Of a stretch of DNA of 64,000 nucleotides, positions 24,044 through 39,400 are shown one piece after another (the stretch's first letter is position 1; each line of letters opens with the position of its first letter). Origin of the DNA: Phoronis australis (lineage: Eukaryota; Animalia; Phoronida); contig NMRA01000320.1 in the NCBI GenBank assembly GCA_002633005.1, positions 420,405 to 484,404 on the forward strand, given 5' to 3'. The notes under the pieces are model-generated. The model was given only the letters and a program-made list of their open reading frames with translations, was not told the DNA's origin and ran no database searches. The position numbers were made by a program, and so were the translations under genes.

Positions 24044-27000
24044 CGAAAAAAGAACAACTTTTGGCTGTTTGTAGTCAAATTTCAGACTTGGTTAACCAGA
24101 ATACAAGAATACAAAAGCCAGTAGACTCTCGGAAAACAAGTGCCTGGTGAACTCATAGGAATAGCTATACTGTATAATTTGTAAGTGAGCTGTTAGGAAA
24201 CTAAGAACGTTGAGAAATGTCCGTTCGTTAAATGCTTATAATCAGTTCACACCTGGTCTGGTTGTGGGCCTGCTACTGAGCCCTCTGATTGGCTATTAGT
24301 AACTAACCTTGCTGCCTTTGTTTTCTTGTGATTGGTTTAATGCTATGGTATAGTTTCATTGCTAACTGGACCAGTTATTGATGCGGCCATACCCATGTAT
24401 TGAAACCATCTGTTGTATGTGACAAAGTTAATTTTATGAAAGACATTCTTCTTCACTGTTTTATAAATTGTCAAATGTTTATATAGTTCTTGTTTATAAA
24501 AGTGTTAAACAGTTATCTTGTACGTTTTAATCTACAGTGCAGTTTACATCCAGACATTCATCCCCAACTACAAACAGGGCTAAATTAACAGAATTGATGA
24601 GTACAAAGTTTTTTAACTTGTTTTGCAAGTATGGTTAAAGACCTGTTTACACTTCAGTTTTTCGTGTGGGACTTTTTAGGTCGAGAAGTGTTGGAATTTC
24701 TATCCATTCATGCACTAGTCTAGTCATATCATATAGGCAGAAATCGTCTAGGTGCACTTTGCTATTCGGGGATCGGAGGATAGAGATTTGCCCCAACTTC
24801 TGTCTGCATCAAAAACGCTCATAAAGACCATTTAAGGTTGATATGAATAATCATGTGATTTTTAATGAAGTTTTTTGATTTCTACACTATTTTAAACAGG
24901 CGATTTAGCTGTCATTTATAAACGATTCTTCTGAATTAAAGGTGCGTTCAAAAGTTGTGACCATTTTTGGCTAAAAATTTAACTCGCTTTAAATTTTGGA
25001 TCGGGTCGGTCATCTTGGACAACAGTGGTTTAAGTTGGGTTTTAAGTGTTATTTTCTCCCAATATTAAAATTTATTAACATATATCTTTGCCTACTTGTC
25101 TGTACGATTCAAGAGTTTTCACCAGAACTTAATCACGGTAATGTTACTTATTGAGTGGTTTTAAAGTTGGACTCATTTCTGGCGGCACCGACAACATGGC
25201 AACTTTTGATGAACTGAAAGGCATGTTCAACCGGCTACTTTGTCATCGATGGAGATTTAACTGGGCTACATTTGTAAACGCGCTGCAACTTTGAACAATT
25301 TCCCGGTGTTTGTGCTATAACCACAGGAAATATTTCTTTTTTTTAATGTGAAGTGTCCCTATAATTGACCGAGCACTCGGCTGCCAAATGAAATTAGCTG
25401 ATATGGTTTTGAAATCAGTTTTTGTTTGAAAGTTAACTTTTCTTCTAAGTATGAATACGTGTCACAATAAACAAATACATGTATGATTTTAAATTTTGTA
25501 TATAAATCTTGATTTAGATTCATGTTTTGTAACTTGTTACTCTCCACTTTAGGCAAGTTCAGGTTACATCGATGCAACAGAATGTGAAGAATCTCAATCG
25601 ATTTACGGGAACGGGATTCATTTGGATTGTGAAGCGTGAAGTTTACTTGAATCCCACATAACAGGATTCCTTTGGATTGTGAAGTGTCGCGTTTACTTGA
25701 ATCCCACATCCTTGCAGCTTCTTAATTTCTGAAATCACGCTTGTCAAATTCGTTTTTGTCGTACTCAGTCGCCATGGTAACAGTTATGGATGTCCATGTG
25801 TTGTTGATTGTGTTTGTATTGATAAAATTTTGTAATTTGCAGTCTAAGAGATGATATTTCTATTTGGGAAGTATAATATCAAGTGATTAAGTCAGTTTTG
25901 GGTGGAATCAATCAAGCGATTAGAATCCTGTAGAAAAGACACAAGACTTGAAATGACTTTGTATATTTTGTGTGACGATTGTCAGGAGGGGGTAGTTCGG
26001 GGAAATTCGGACGGCGATAAAATTGGGACAAGTCTAAATAAACGTCAAATATATTAACAACCAAGATGCCTTACCACTTAATGAAAAGATTATTCACTCT
26101 TTGAACAATAGCAGGAATTTATTTATCACCTCACTTGAATTACAAAGTTTGAACAGATATGACACATGTTCAGCACCTTATGTCGCTCTGCCGTCTGCTT
26201 CGCGTGCTGATGTTATTAGCTGACACATATTAAACCTTCAGTAGTAGGTAAGTAAGTCGAGCTAGGAGGTTTTGTCCGACTTTACCCGAACTTCCCCTAC
26301 TTAGGTGAACGTTTCCGGGAACAGCATTAGTGAGCAGCTGACGGGTTGGGGCTATAGGATAGCGACTCAGGTTAGACGCATGAACGAACTCCAAAATGCT
26401 AAAATTGTCACCATGGGGCAGCACAGGTTAGAATCATTTGAAAACATGCAAGCGCCATTGTCACCGGATAGAAATAGTTTGGCCAAACTTCATAAAATAT
26501 CAACAGAGAAATATTGTGCCAGAAACTGACACCTGCGGACCCAGCAATAATCAAATCATCTAAAAATTGACATCGACGGATTTCGTCACCATAGAAACAT
26601 ATCTGCAAAAAATAATGAGGTCCCTTTGTGACAGAAGTGTACGAGAAGAAGCTGCAGTCTGCCCGCATTCAAGACCCAGTGTAAAATGGGCGGTGTTATG
26701 TCCTTTCCATCAGCTGTTGCTTGAAAACAAACAAAAAAATTAAAATTTCTTATTCACCCAGCAAATTGATAGAAACTGGTATTTGAAATCAGTTGCACCC
26801 GCAAACTGGCCGATTTACCGAATTTTGGCACTACTATGAATGTTAACGAAAAATTCTTCGAAATCACAAAAAATGTTTTCTGATAGAGCGGTACAACGTT
26901 TAATTAAACATTCTAAACATTTTTTTCCTTTCCCTTCTTCTAAACCGTTTTAAAACTACATTACTTACTCAACCTCTTTGAATAAAAATGCACGATTTGG

Positions 27001-27492
27001 GACCAAAATATTCATAGTACTCTAAGTTAAAGAATGATGGTCCAAAAGTTTGAAATAAACATTTTGAGCATATTTCACTGGTACGTATGAACAAACTTTT
27101 TTCAGTCTGTGATCAGATTTGTTGCAAATAAAGATCTTATTAAATCTCTCATGTTAAATTTAATTTCGCAAACAAATAAATCGCTCAGTGTGGATAAGTC
27201 TTTCGGTCAAATTTAACTTTGTACGAGTGTTTACTACACAGTATACAATTTTGTGATTTTTAAAATTGACTCCTGTGCCTTTTCTGGACACCCTGTGCAG
27301 TGCTGTGTTCGTTAACTATAAAACATTTCCTAACATTCGAAGCAGAAATTAATAAGCTTTGCAACGGTTATAATGTATGCGTATTGATCGCAATTAGAAG
27401 AAAATACCGCACATTTTCTGAAAGGGACGGAACTTTTTGATGGGTTTATCTTGATATCAAGCTACAAAAATATCTGTGTTCTTAACAGTCCA

Positions 27493-30400
27493 TTATTCAA
27501 CTGGTTCCGTCTGCCAAACTCTAATGAAGTCCACTTTCATGGCGGCGTCCTCTCCGTGGCTTTTATCCAGGTTCCACGTGGGTATCCATTGAGCGCGTCC
27601 CTTCCAGAAATCTTTAGCTGCTTCCGGTGCATCAACTGTGTCGTTCCAGGGTTTCTTCCCGCTCACATTGACGGCATTGTCAGGAAAGAATGTAACTCCG
27701 CCCACAGCAACGTTCATCACAATGAAAAACTAAAAAACAAATGGTAGAGAATTCTGAGTACAATCCAAAGCAGTTTTCTTTGCTTGAACACATGCCATTC
27801 AAACGGGCAAGTAAATTCCTGTGCCCATAGTATATGCAGAAACGCCTTTTAAGTATTTTTACCCAAATCTTTCCCCAAGCGACAGTATGGCGTACTGTGT
27901 CTAAATTATGTCATTCACAGTCAAGCTTCCAAAGAAAAAGACGCCAGGTATTTAGGTGTCCGCCGTTTTTGTAGCAGTCATCTCGAATCTACAGGAAATG
28001 ACAAGCGGTTCCTTTATAAAAGGGTGAGTATTGATGGCAGACATAGGTTAGGACGAAATTCTATTTTTATCAAGTCACGTGTCATGCCATATCCAGAATG
28101 CGTTGAATTTACCTTAACGTCTAGCACGCACGCGCGTTTTGGCGTATGTAGTAAACCTACGTCGACCATGAGCAATAGACAGCTGCCAAATGTCGACGTA
28201 TTATATGGCACAGAGACAAGACAAACCTCTTTGTCAAACGGCGCCATCTTGTTGCTGGTGGTTTGGTCCCACGGATTATAACTTCCAGGAATAGTTCTAT
28301 CAAAATTGCCTAGCTTCCAGAAGCCATCGGGTGGCTGTATTGTCTTCAGTATAACTCCATCTACAAGGAAGCTACGTAAGGAAAAATAACTGATTTAAGG
28401 TAAGGATGGGTGAAACACACAACGGTTTAGCCAGGTAAACGGACATCATGTTAACGTATGTTAGCCTCAGTACTTAGGAACATTATCCGTGAAGAGCTAC
28501 CATTCCAATGGAAAAATTGTATAATACAAACTGGAAGTCTAAAAGTTACTATGGCTGGGAAGAAAGTCTTTCAAGTCTCTGCTAGTATAGGACAGTTGCG
28601 ATGTGCGCATTAACTACGAGGGCCTCTCCACTGTGTTTAGACCAGGTTGTCCTGCGATTTCGGCATCTACTCCCAGGATGAAAGTCGTGTACATGCATTT
28701 GATTTAAGCCTAGTGGGAAGGCAAGGTTGGGGACCCGGAAAGACAGAGAGGTGCCAAGGCAGGAGTTTGATGTGCGTACATAATAAAGGATTCTAAAACT
28801 TCATGTCATGGAAAAATAACAGTCTTCACATTGTATCACTAGTACAGCGTTCAACTCCGAAACCAAAGTCTGAGTTGCCAATGGTTGTTTCTGAGGGACA
28901 GTTACGTCATTGTGAAGCGATTAGAAAGTGTTAGACGGTTTGAATTTGCTTCATATTTTTATAAAGAAAACATTGGATGGTAATTAAGAATGCCAACACT
29001 GACAAGGAGATGTAGCTGAGAATGACTGGTTCATGGTCAGACGAAATGTCAAAGAATAAGCGTTTGCTTGGATAAAAACTGAAAATGTAGCTTTTCATGA
29101 AAGCGGAAGCAGCATTGTAAATTCTTCGTAGGACCATGGCCAGTCTGCTCATGTTATGATGATCAGGGAACCGGCAGCCCAAAATTGTAATTGTAATCCG
29201 CCACTTTGCACATGTTATTTATTGACTTATCCAAGGCTTTTGACACAGTCAGTAGATTGGTTGTCCAAATCAATTTATTGATATTAATATTTTATCTGTC
29301 AACGCGCATGCTTGGGATTGTGCAGTAAAAGCTCTGCATTCTGCAACTCTCCACAGTTGTGGTTCTCGAAAGTAGACATAGTTATAAAGAAAAGATTTCA
29401 GAGCAAACACAGCTCGTGATAGAAAAAGGATAACGTTAGTGTGGTTATTGAGGAAAGACGACTGTATGATAGGTATGTTGTTCGCTCACAAATTTGTAAA
29501 CTTTTTTATAAATCAGTCAACAATGGAGTCCAAGAAGAAACGGTCTCATAAAATTAGTGCAATCTAGTAGTTCACAAAATATGTAAATCTATTACGGCAT
29601 CAGAACTGACTAAAATTGGACAACTGTACCTGAATTGTGTCTCATTCCACTCAGCCCCGTACGTGTGGAATTCACTGGCAAAAGTTCCCTGGTTGGTATA
29701 CCTGTAATGTAATGAGGACCTTTTCAAGTGACAGCTTAAAGAGGCCTGGAACGCGATATACAAACTAAATTGCAATATTGAAAGTGGTTCTCTGGCACTG
29801 AAACATAATTTAACCTGCTCGCCAGATATTTTTAGGGTTTGTTCGTAAAGACTTTTTTTAAGTTCTGTTGATATCATAGCATTTTATTTTTGTTTCAAAT
29901 TTCAAAAAAACGACCTGTCAACTGCTCGCCACTGCGTCGATTTTTCTCCCACAAGGCAAAGCACGTCTCCTTATTTGGTATGACAAGGATTAGACGTAGC
30001 AGATTTCCCTTATATGGAAAATGTGCACTTTTACCTCAAGCGACTTCAAGCAACCGACTGTGAGCGCATGGGTACATTTATAACAAGCGAGATTAGAAAC
30101 CCTAAGGTAACCACAGAGTTTTTCCTTCGCGAGAATATCAAATACTGTGAATTTTGTGTTTTTTCTGAAAATTTCCTCACAGGGTCAAGTGAATTACTCT
30201 TTTCTAGATCAGTTGCGAGATGGCACTTTCGTCAAGAATTGTTTGTAAGATATATTTGACGACCTTTTTATGTTCCATGCCTATTTAAGAACGCCAGAAA
30301 CCAATGAAGTTAGGTAGATTCTAAGACCTCTTGTTGCTGCCTAGGCGATTGCAGTTACTGAAAAAAGTTTTCTATTTCCACTTTTTATTGGAAATCTACA

Positions 30401-33400
30401 GTTAAGAAAACTTGCTGATAAGGGAAAGTTATTTTGTTGTCAAGTTTAATAAGAATGATCAGTTATTTCCAAGTTATCTTTCCACCAATAGGATTTTGTG
30501 AACGTGACCACTGAATAAAGAACAATACTGAGTAAATTCTTGGAAGCAAAATTCCAGTTTCATACACAGCATTCATGAAAATTACAGAAGATAGTTCACC
30601 ATGATGAAAACCAAACGGTGCCTTGAGACAACATTGCCACTTCAAACCATAGAGAAAATCAAACAAAACCATGTCAGGATTATATTTTACAACCCACTCA
30701 CTTTGTTACTCGTGTTAAATAATAAGGATCTATCGGCCAGTAGGGACCCCAATGCAATGTCTGGCCAGCCTGCGTTATTCCTATCTGTTCTCCGTCTGGT
30801 AAGGTCAAATTCTGGTTTCCTATAAATAAAAAGCACTCACATGTATAATAAACAATTCTAATCTCACTTCCAAACTTCCTGAAGTAATTCGTTGTAGTCT
30901 TTGAAAGCATAAATATTACACGCCATGTGTGTTACCTCTACCCTCACCCACCTCGCGTTTCAACCAAATCTATTTCCCCAGACGCTGGCCAGATGCCATA
31001 TTCCTCATGGGTTGGTAATAACCACAACGCTGAAACGAAATGAAAATATTTTGTTGAAGTCAATGATGGGGCCAATTTGACTCGAACGCTCATTTGTACA
31101 GATATGATTTTGTCAGACGTGTACGCACTGAACGGAGGTTGAAGTTCAATAATTAATTAAATGTTAGTTTCTACTCATCAGATGAATAAAACCAAGTTCT
31201 AACCATTATAACATTATTTTCTACATAACAATGAGGAAATGTTTCTCTTAAAGTTATTTAGACCTTAGAAAGATGTCCAAATTTGAGTAAATTCGGAGCA
31301 TCATATCCAGGAAATGAATGTTCGGATTCACATGAAATTTTCAGAGGCTACATTTTAAACATTGTTCTCCGGGCTGTAAGAAATTGTTTCTAAAATGTTC
31401 CATTATTGGGTGATAATATATTTCCTTTCATGCTTTTCACGAAAACAACCAAAAGTCACATAAATTGTAATGATAATTAAAACACTATTATGGAAAGTTC
31501 ATCTTGAACTGAACATTTGTTTCAAATAAAATTTCATCGTGTTGTTGATACCGTTCTTATTTTGCTATCACTATTCTTTTTTGCTAGATTTTAATAAAAA
31601 ACAAGGTCACGTGACCAATCATTGACAGATTAGTTAAATATCAAAAATCAAACTCTGCAGGCTTTCTGCTCGCAAAAAATCACACTTTTTCTGAATTAAA
31701 ATCAATAGTTTTGTAGCTAATTGCCGTGTAAATACATAACCTTGTCGATAAGATCCTTCATTATCTTAAATGTGCTAACATCAGTGTATCTGACTTTCGT
31801 CAAGAGATTTCTTTATTGCCATGCCCGTTGATCTAAAAATATGTGCATTTCGTAAATCCCAGTCGTGTACGTAATTTATTTTCTTTACAATATTATTTTT
31901 TCAAAGTCATAGGAAGTGGCGATCAGTAGTATTCTATTATGACGGCTATGGCAGATTTCAAATGAAACGAAGCGGGAGGATTTTCTTCTTAAAGATACAG
32001 TACAAGCCAAAATATTCAGACAAATTTTCCCGGAATTCTCCGACATGACGGCTGGACGGAAGCCGAATTCACCGTCAGAGTAGTCTTCCGTCACGTGACC
32101 GAGAACGAAGAAGAATAAACAAGAAAGTAAGATATGTGGCTAAGCCATTCTGAAATTTTCTATAATTTTGTCGCCCTGGTGATTATTAGCAGTCACTTTA
32201 GCTGTTAGCAAAGTTTACCGTCATGACGGGGAAGCGGTATTTTGGCTGGTAGCATGTGTCTTGTACATCTTATCACTCGAGTCATTCACTTGTAATATGT
32301 CTTTGACAATGGTGCTACAAAAACTTGGTGTCATTCGATTTTCTACATTAATGCATTCACCAGTCCAACCACCCATTCCACCATTCACTTATCAAAACAT
32401 AAATCCTGGCACACGAACCTTTAAAAAGCTGCAAATGCCTGACTAACCTGGCCAAATCCAATCTCCCGCAGGCATCATCGCTCTTATTTCGATCTTGCCA
32501 TACTTAAAGTTGAACATTTTATCGCTGCGCATCCTAGCGGATTGTATGGGAGGCGGGAAGACATTCGACTTGCAACCTTGAGGTCGTTTTGCTCCCGTGC
32601 AGAAATCTTGAAAGACAATATATTTCGCCATCGATGACAGCAGTTATAAAGATCAGACCCTCCGACAAGCATCGGCACACTGTTGAAAAACTTTTACTTT
32701 TGATACGCTTTTTTCATTTTCAAAGAAGAAAAATCTACATGTATGACTATTTTCTAAAATGTTATATTTGACGTTGAACTCCAGATCCATTACAAGTTAT
32801 GAATATTTTGCAACAAGCAACTTGTTGATATAACACCTGACTGCTATTTTGTCATTTAAGCTAGAGAGAGCTGATCTGATTTTTAGGTATGGCATACCCC
32901 TACTCACGTTTTCTTTTCAGATATTCTCCCCCAGCAGAAGATTCGGTAGGCATATTTGAAGACAACGTCTGAAATTATAAAACCAACTTTTCGCTTATAA
33001 ACACTTTACCCTGCTCAACACAATTAAGATTCCGAGTGTTTAGTAACTCGGGGACCATAAAACAAATGATCAGAGCTGGATAAGACAGCAAGAGGTGCAT
33101 AGCATCCAATGCTGTAGTGGGGCGTTAGCGCACGTAGTTGCAGCCAACCACCTTTTTACATTTTATCATAGCAACCACCCTTTTTCATTTTAACGTAGCA
33201 TGTACGCGCCGTAAGTGACGGTATATAGTAGGGCGTAGTTTTGATACGATAACTTGCAACATCAAAGCGCTATGCTGACTACAGCATTATTTTCGATCCT
33301 TTCGGGGCGCGCGATCACCAGGCATATGGTCGCCGATGGAATTGTTATTAATAGTTAAAGATAAAGAAACAGTTATGGTGTCACACCATAGGTGGATAAA

Positions 33401-36400
33401 AGGGGGTGGACGCTTTGGACACACCCACGGGCGACTAAAAGTCGCCGCCAGAATATCGTTTCTGTGCGTTACGCTACTAATTTCCTTTATAATAATTGTG
33501 CATGGGCCCCCTTCATAGATCGCTTGGAATGCACTCGGACCCCTTTGCCTTCAAATAAGTGTGGTTGGACCCTCTTTCTCCGACATCAAAGATCCGCCAC
33601 TGCTGAATCTATGGAGATACCCACCCGTGAGTCAAAAATAGGCCTACATGTTTATGAGTCAGGTTTGCGAGTTCAATGCACTTTTAATATTCATCACTCA
33701 CGGCGATACGATGGGCTATGGGCGCCTACTTACCTCTAATTTCACCAATACAGCACTGATAGCATCGTGTATCAACATGACAAAGTAAGCCTTGAAAGCA
33801 GACTAAACCATCAGTAGAAATACTGCAGCTTCGGCAGGATGAAAGCACGGCGTGCGACAATCAATAAGGTCTTTTAGTTTAGAGCAACAGGCTCTACACT
33901 GTTGAAGTTTATCTACTAATAGAGGAAATTGGCACGTGCGGGAGGTGTAGGGCAGTTCCGTAGGATTAAAATTGTAAAAGAAACTGCCCGGATTGTCACA
34001 AACCTGCACAGTGGATATACCCAGACATATCCTCATGTTTTCTTTGCTTGTGAGGTATGCAAGGAGGAGAGGGTACAGCTCTTCCAGGTACTCGAACAAT
34101 ACCCCAATGTTTATAAAAAAATATTCTGAAATTCCGAAATTGTACAACAAAATTAATTTCTTTCTGTATGGATGTCAAGAACTTAACTCAAACGAAAATA
34201 AGGTTTTATTTGAAATAGTATCAGAAATTCTTTATAACATTAAATCTCTTTGTGTGAGTGGATAGAATTTTATACATCTGTATGAAAATGAATTATTTTC
34301 ATTCGTTGTCATATATCATTGTATGCTTAACATCATTTTTTTTATTTATGTATTCGCATATAATCATTGTATATAGACTTCTTTGTATTTTTTTTACCCA
34401 GATCTAATGCCTCTTGGCGCTTTCTGAGTTATGTATATTCATTGTATTCTGAAGATTTCGTAATAAACATTAAAAAAGTGACTTTCAAATCCATTGCCAT
34501 TAAATGACAGGGCTAACAAGGCGTGGGTGATGATGTAGCCAATACTCAGTTCAAACGACTGGTGATTATAAAGGGAGCTACAAAGAAGCTTGGCGTTTTT
34601 TCACATAATTAATTTATCTTTTACTTTTACAGATCTGTACAAAGCAGGTTGACACAGATGTCCGTCAGACGACCTCGTGGAGTCATTCTGGTGCTCCCTA
34701 CATGCTTCTTGAAGCGCGGTACTTGGCTATTCAGCATTTGCATATAGACTTGTCAGAGCAGTCCAATCTCACCCTTGGTGTCCAGGGAACCACTAAATTT
34801 GGCTTTCACTATAGCGCTGGAAACATCTAGTTCACGAACGGTCAGACCCTAATGTTAATTCTAGGACTGTGCGGCATGACATCTGGCGATGCTGAGGCTT
34901 CAATTTCCTACTGACCACCCAAGGCATGCTCACCGAGGTGTCTCAAGAAGATACTCTGAGCGACTCATTCCTGAAGAAGGCCGTGTCAAAGATGTGCAAC
35001 ACTGTAACTGACCAGGCCAACGCCTGCAAGAAATTGAATGGTTTGCTGCACCAGTGGACAGCTCGTTCACAATGAGAAGAGTCATGTGATCCTGAGAAAC
35101 AAACACTCTAGAACAATTTCTGGTACTTCCTTCATTATATTTTGTTTGGCCGATCAAGCTGATAAGACCGTTTGATGTCCTGGGAAACACCATACAAGGT
35201 GGTAGGCAGACTGGGTTAATGTCGTTTCCAGGTGGATACGTCACTAAAGAACAACTCGTCTAGAACACACCATCTGCAAATCTAGCTGTACATGACCGTG
35301 TTCGCGAACGATCTGGCAAGCCGAAGCAAGGCAGAAGGTTTGGTTGACAATGTTCATCAGAAGTCTTCTAAATGTAACGGTTTCAATAAATTATTTGAGG
35401 ATGCAGTTGGCACTATAATATTTAGTACTACCCTTTTCTACACTGTCAGCAGCGATGTATGAACCAAGCAGGTACAGGAGTTGATGTTCACTAGCTCCCA
35501 GATTATCACCCAGCACCTGCTGAGGCGGGACCACTTAAACAGAAGCAGACAGGGTTGTGAATGAGACACACTTACGTCCCACGCGACGTTATCGGATGTC
35601 CGCCATTTTTTGTTTAATTCTTTCGACCATTGTGCTAAATGTTATGATAACAGATGAATTTGGTCTCAAACCTGAAATTGCTGCTTTTGGCTTCGCACTC
35701 GTTGAGACATTCCCAGTTGAAATGGTTTCATAATGGGATACGGTAGTAACATTCCTATGTAAGCGGGATAACGTAACGCTATTATAACATTGCACCTGAC
35801 CAACGTTTTTGTGCTGCTGAGTCAATTTAAAGAAAACACGAAAGATACTTAGTTTTTACATTGGGTAGCTGTATAGCCTACGATGTGACGTCAGCACTGC
35901 AAGGGTTCATTGCTTTATAATTTACATAATTACTCGTCAACTGATTTTGACAGTTACAAACAAATTTTAGGAGATTAGTGCCTCAGGGGTATGCAGGTTA
36001 GAACCAAATTAAACTTAATCCTTGTATTGGCGGTTCCCACCAATACTCGTTCTGTCAGTTTGGTAACCTTTTAAGCAACAAGTGCCATCTTTGAATAATT
36101 TTGCCAGTCTAAAGTAACTATTTCTGAATTTGAAGTTTTGGTGAATTTTGACGTAGTTAAAGAAATTCGGAGAAATCTACATCAGATGCTCCAATGGCAA
36201 ATTTCAGAAACTTGTGTGTTTGAAAAGGAAAAGGCTGCAACGTGTTGCTATCATGTTCCAAGTTAGGCCTACATAGATGTGTTGCAAGTACCTCTGCTTT
36301 AGCAGTACGTAGTGATGTGGTGAAGGGGAGTAAGATAGGCATTTATTGTTAATTTTTGAAATGACATAATCAGCCGCAATGAAGCATGATTTCATCAGTT

Positions 36401-39400
36401 GTTTGGAGTAATTTTATAAAGATAATTCGATTTTCTTACGCGAATATTTTGTCTTATGTTTTTATCTTCGCAAAAATTAATCTGCGAGGCTCATGACCCT
36501 GGACTTCTCCTCGACAGTTGGAACCACGTGACCTTCAGGTGCCACCTTAGGCTATTTGAGCTACGAGGCAACGAAACTGTGCGTGCTACATTGAGTCGTC
36601 ATGGATAGACAGCCGGATCACGAATTCTACGACTGACTTAAATCTGTAAAGCAAACTTTTCGGCAGAGAGAGAGTTTAAAACGAACTTACCGGTTTGATG
36701 TAGAGAATTCCATCGCGAACGTACGAATTTGTTCGATTATTCACGTACTTTTGAAACTGAAAACGAAATTTAAAATCGTAAAAACCCCATTGGAAGACGA
36801 ATGTAGGCCTACACTGTATTACAAAACATTCATCAGGAAAACAGTCAAGGCTACGGAGGATCTTAACGACAAGTATGTGTATAAGTCAAATATCTACAAA
36901 ACCATAGATTACAACACAATATAAGAATGTGTTTTCTTAGCGGACAGGCTGTTAGAATTTGATTTTTCTTTCTACCAGTCAGCCATTAATTGGGTCACGT
37001 GACCATATCTTTTTAATTACATTTAGCAAAAAGAAAGATAATTTGGCAACAAAATAACGAAATCAATAACGTGACCAAATGTAGTTTGATTTAAATATAT
37101 ATGAAATCTCAAGAACGCTGTTACTGGCACCATTACAAAAAACGCCATAACTCTAGTAGCATCGCATGATCGAAAACCACTGATTTTATTTTCATGAGAA
37201 TGTCACGTGCGCACTCGTCGCTCTTAATGTTTTAATATCACTTAAATGTGACACTAGCTTAACTCGCACCTCCATCTGCAAGTGCTTAGACTCTGACGTT
37301 CAAGATTTACCTGCTTAAACTTCTGGTCACTAAAGTTGTTTTTAAAATACAGTATTTCTATATGTTCTCAAAGTAACTTCCTGTTACCTACTTTTTCCTA
37401 AAAATAACATTCCTTTCCACTACTTTTAAGCAAAAAAAAACGTGAAATCAAGAAAAACTTACACTAGTTTATATTAGCCCATACCAAGACTGTATCGGTT
37501 GTAGCCTAAAATTCACTTGTAATCGAGAGGCTGACTAAATGAAAGCAGTCAAAATTTGAACTGTTGGAAACACTTTCTGATTTCCCTGTACTGAATCCTT
37601 AGTGTCCATCTAGATGCTCTTTCTGACAACTGAAACAAAGTCTTGCCATGCAAAAGGAAAATTTCCACCGCCTCCCGTTCAGTTACGGCAGGACCTCGCT
37701 AAAAAGCAAGACTTCGCGAGATAACGTGAGATATTGCTATGTATTTCCAGTGAGAACACGCGACTTTGGCTAGATTTTAGCTAGGTCCTAGCGTAGGTCT
37801 TAACGTTACTGAACGCACGCCCGGTTAGTGTAGAGGAAAGTGTGCTCATTTGTCTTGGTTAAATGCGTTTGCTCAGATAAACAGTGGGAAATAACAGGTT
37901 TCCTAACAACATTTACTAACTGAAATTTACCCCGCCAAAGTACGTCGTTACTTCGTGGTCCCACAACGAGAAATTCAACGTGTCAAAATTGTCTTCGAAT
38001 ACCAGTCGCATTCTAGGATGAGCTGAAATTATACCGTACACTTTATCAAATGACCGTCACCCACCACTCGTGATAATCTCACGTTACCATCATCACCCAT
38101 CATTGACCATCGCCATCACACACAACCATACCCATCACCCGCTTATCCGTGACACACCACATATATGCAGGGAAGATAATATAGACAAAATATAGTATAG
38201 GTTAATTTCTAAGGACATTTTCAGCGGCGCCAGTAGTGGCAAAAAATGCCACTGTCGAGAGTTATGCAGAACGTCACTGCAAATTGTGGAGCTCGCGTGA
38301 CGTAAAAGGAATTGGGAACAGTCGAAGCAATCCTCGCAAATAATGAAACGAGGAGATTTTACACTGGCTTCATGGATTTACGAGACTTTTAATATGGGTC
38401 ATCACAAAATCTTCGTTGAACGTACCAAAGTTAGTGGGTGGTAACAGAGAAGTGCAGTGACGTAGTGGTAAGATTAGAGGTAAACAGGCGCCCAAAGCCC
38501 ATCGCATCGCCGTGAGTGCTGAATATTAAAAGTGCATTACATTAAACTCGCAAACCTGACTCATAAACATGTAAGCCTATTTTTTGACTCACGGGTGGGT
38601 ATCTCCATAGAATTGGCAGTGGCGGATCTTTGATGTCGGAGAAAGAGGGTCCAACCACACATATTTGAAGGCAAAGGTCCGCGTGCATTCCAAGCGGTCT
38701 CTGAAGGGGGCCCATGTACAATTATAAAGGAAAATAGTAGCGTAACGCACAGAAACGATATATTGGCGGCGACTTTTAGTCGCCCGTGGGTGTGTCCTCG
38801 GGGCCCTTCGCCACCCCCTTTATCCACCTATGGTGTGACACCATAACTGTTTCTTATCTTGAAATATTAATAAAAATTCCATTCTTCGCCGATCATATGC
38901 CGGGTGATCGCGCGCACCGAAATGATCGGAAACAATGCTGTCGTCAGCATAGCCCTTTGCATGTTATCGTATCAAAACTACGCCCCACTATGTACCGTCA
39001 CTTGCGGCGCGTAGACGCTACGTTAAAGTGAAAACAGGTGGTTGCTATGCAGTGGCAGATCTACGTTTTCAGTAAGGGGGTTTAGGATTCGAGCGAATCC
39101 GAGGCGCGTATCGCCGATCGGATGGAAGGTCAGGATGAGGTTCCCCCCTCCCGTGTAAGATTTTTTGTGGTTTTTAGTAGCTGATTTCGTTTTTCTGGCG
39201 AAATGTGTTTCAATTTTCATTTTTAATCCTGTCCCGAGGGGAGGTTTGAACCCCCCTGTAGATCCGCCTCTACTATGATAAAATGTAAAAAGGTGGTTGA
39301 TTGCAATTACGTGTGCTTACCCCCCACTATACCGTAACTTACGGTGGGTAGGCGCTACATTGAAAAGCAAAAAGGTGGTTGGCTGTGCCTACGAGCGCCT

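Noticed and set aside
33336-33739. ORFs duplicated at 38561-38827 as a small gene pair
   Set aside because: The frames differ between the copies; they are chance ORFs within the inverted repeat arms.
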